Source: Ramazzottius varieornatus (taxonomy: Eukaryota > Animalia > Tardigrada). From it: DNA of 64,000 nt. The notes below the pieces were generated by a model. That model worked only from the letters and a program-made list of their open reading frames with translations, had not been told where the DNA came from and did not search any database. Made by a program: the position numbers and the translations under genes. The DNA is taken from NCBI GenBank assembly GCA_001949185.1, contig BDGG01000003.1, positions 3,765,158 to 3,829,157 of the forward strand. The letters are read 5' to 3'. This document shows, piece by piece, positions 62,781 to 64,000 of this stretch; within the stretch, counting starts at the first letter, position 1; every line of letters starts with the position of its first letter.

Positions 62781-64000
62781 TTCTGCCAGGACAAGAAAGT
62801 CAGAGTCAGTCAACGACGGAAAGGTTTGAAGCGATAATTCGTTGAGCGGAGTAAGCTTCAATTAATCATATCATTCATGAAAAGCCGGCGTCAAAAGGTA
62901 TCATTAGCTTCCATCGCGATGGAAGTGTGAGTCTATGACATCACGCAAACGCAACAGCGAAGGAAACTAGTCTATCAACATTCCTCGCACGCCGTGAGCA
63001 ATACGTCAAGTCTCGACGTCTACCAACTACAATTTAAATTTGTCCTCTGATTCCTCTGTACCTCAGAGTTCAGACACATCTATATACTATACGGGACGGT
63101 AATTGTGAAGCTTGATGTTGATGTGGATTCTACAGTAAACTTTCCCTTCTCGAAGTCCTTCGTTTCTGCTAGATGAGATGGATGTCGTATGGACTTTAAC
63201 TGCTTAATTGCCGCTATAGATCACAGAAAAGATGCCGCTCTTGCAGAATTTTTCCTCACAAGCTGTTTAAACTTATGCTAAAGCCATCAATACCGTCATA
63301 TAAGCCACATAAGTCTGCGATTGCGTTATAAAAGTGCCATACAGCAACTTTTTCCTTCGCTGCCCACGTGAAATCCTGTAATCGACCACTGGATCGATTA
63401 CCCGGTCAACATTTCTAGTTCTCTCAATCTGCAGCGTACAATAACGGACTGATGAAGCTTTTGCCGGGCCAGACCTAACGAGGAATATGCGTGACTGGAA
63501 ACAAAACAAATTGAATCATCGCGTCTCTCTGTAATTCCAACATTTCTAACATCGCGAAGCTCAGACTGACGATCCTATTTGGTTCCCTCACCCTAAGAGC
63601 ACGAACTGACAATTCCCCGTCGCCTTCACACACCTCTGCAACCAACCTAAAGATTTGATGATGATCGCTCTGCTCGGGGCAACTTGTATACCAGCACTGT
63701 AGTATCTTCTTAACACCACTGTATATCAATCTGGAACACAAGCAAGGCGAGTAAATCAAGCAACCAATCGACCTCACGCATTACCTACAAACCGGTGAGG
63801 TGCAGATCAAGGACGCTCAGCAGTCGCTATGTATCAGGAATGTCCCTAAAACCCGTCTCGGGACGACACACGGACAACCGTGAGCCATACTTCGGAGCTT
63901 CCGCTGCGAGACTAAGATCTATCCAGCTTTACTAGCGCGAAGAAAACCAACAGGCAACTTACCTTGGGTGAATGACGAGCAAACGACAGGACAAATTCCA

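Overview
Gene-dense eukaryotic (metazoan) genomic DNA with short spliceosomal introns and two assembly gaps (1319-1616, 59903-59952). Compactness, composition and gene content suggest a small ecdysozoan genome, plausibly a tardigrade (inference only). About 20 spliced genes could be reconstructed by eye: RNF14-type RBR ligase, APCDD1, a ZP-domain membrane protein, MSS4/RABIF, an OTU deubiquitinase, EPT1, an orphan Zn-finger-like gene, a divergent centrosomin/CDK5RAP2 homologue (CM1+CM2), MORN3, KEAP1, a CEBPZOS homologue that the ORF track shows only in part, Derlin-1, USP53/54, a Cys-type GPX4-like peroxidase, a miniature FOG/U-shaped protein, two tandem thyroglobulin-repeat genes, two tandem orphan membrane-protein genes and a CaaX lamin. 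There is also one tRNA-Thr(CGT) and a hAT-type MITE with an 8-bp TSD. The most striking unexplained signal is two families of dispersed, mostly intronic inverted repeats with near-fixed spacer length. Family A is a ~120-bp palindrome with core AAGTGGCGCAC-N25-GTGCGCCACTT (23 cores at 19 loci). Family B is ACCTGCATACA-N27-29-TGTATGCAGGT with unrelated spacers, including a three-unit array with 72-73 bp period.
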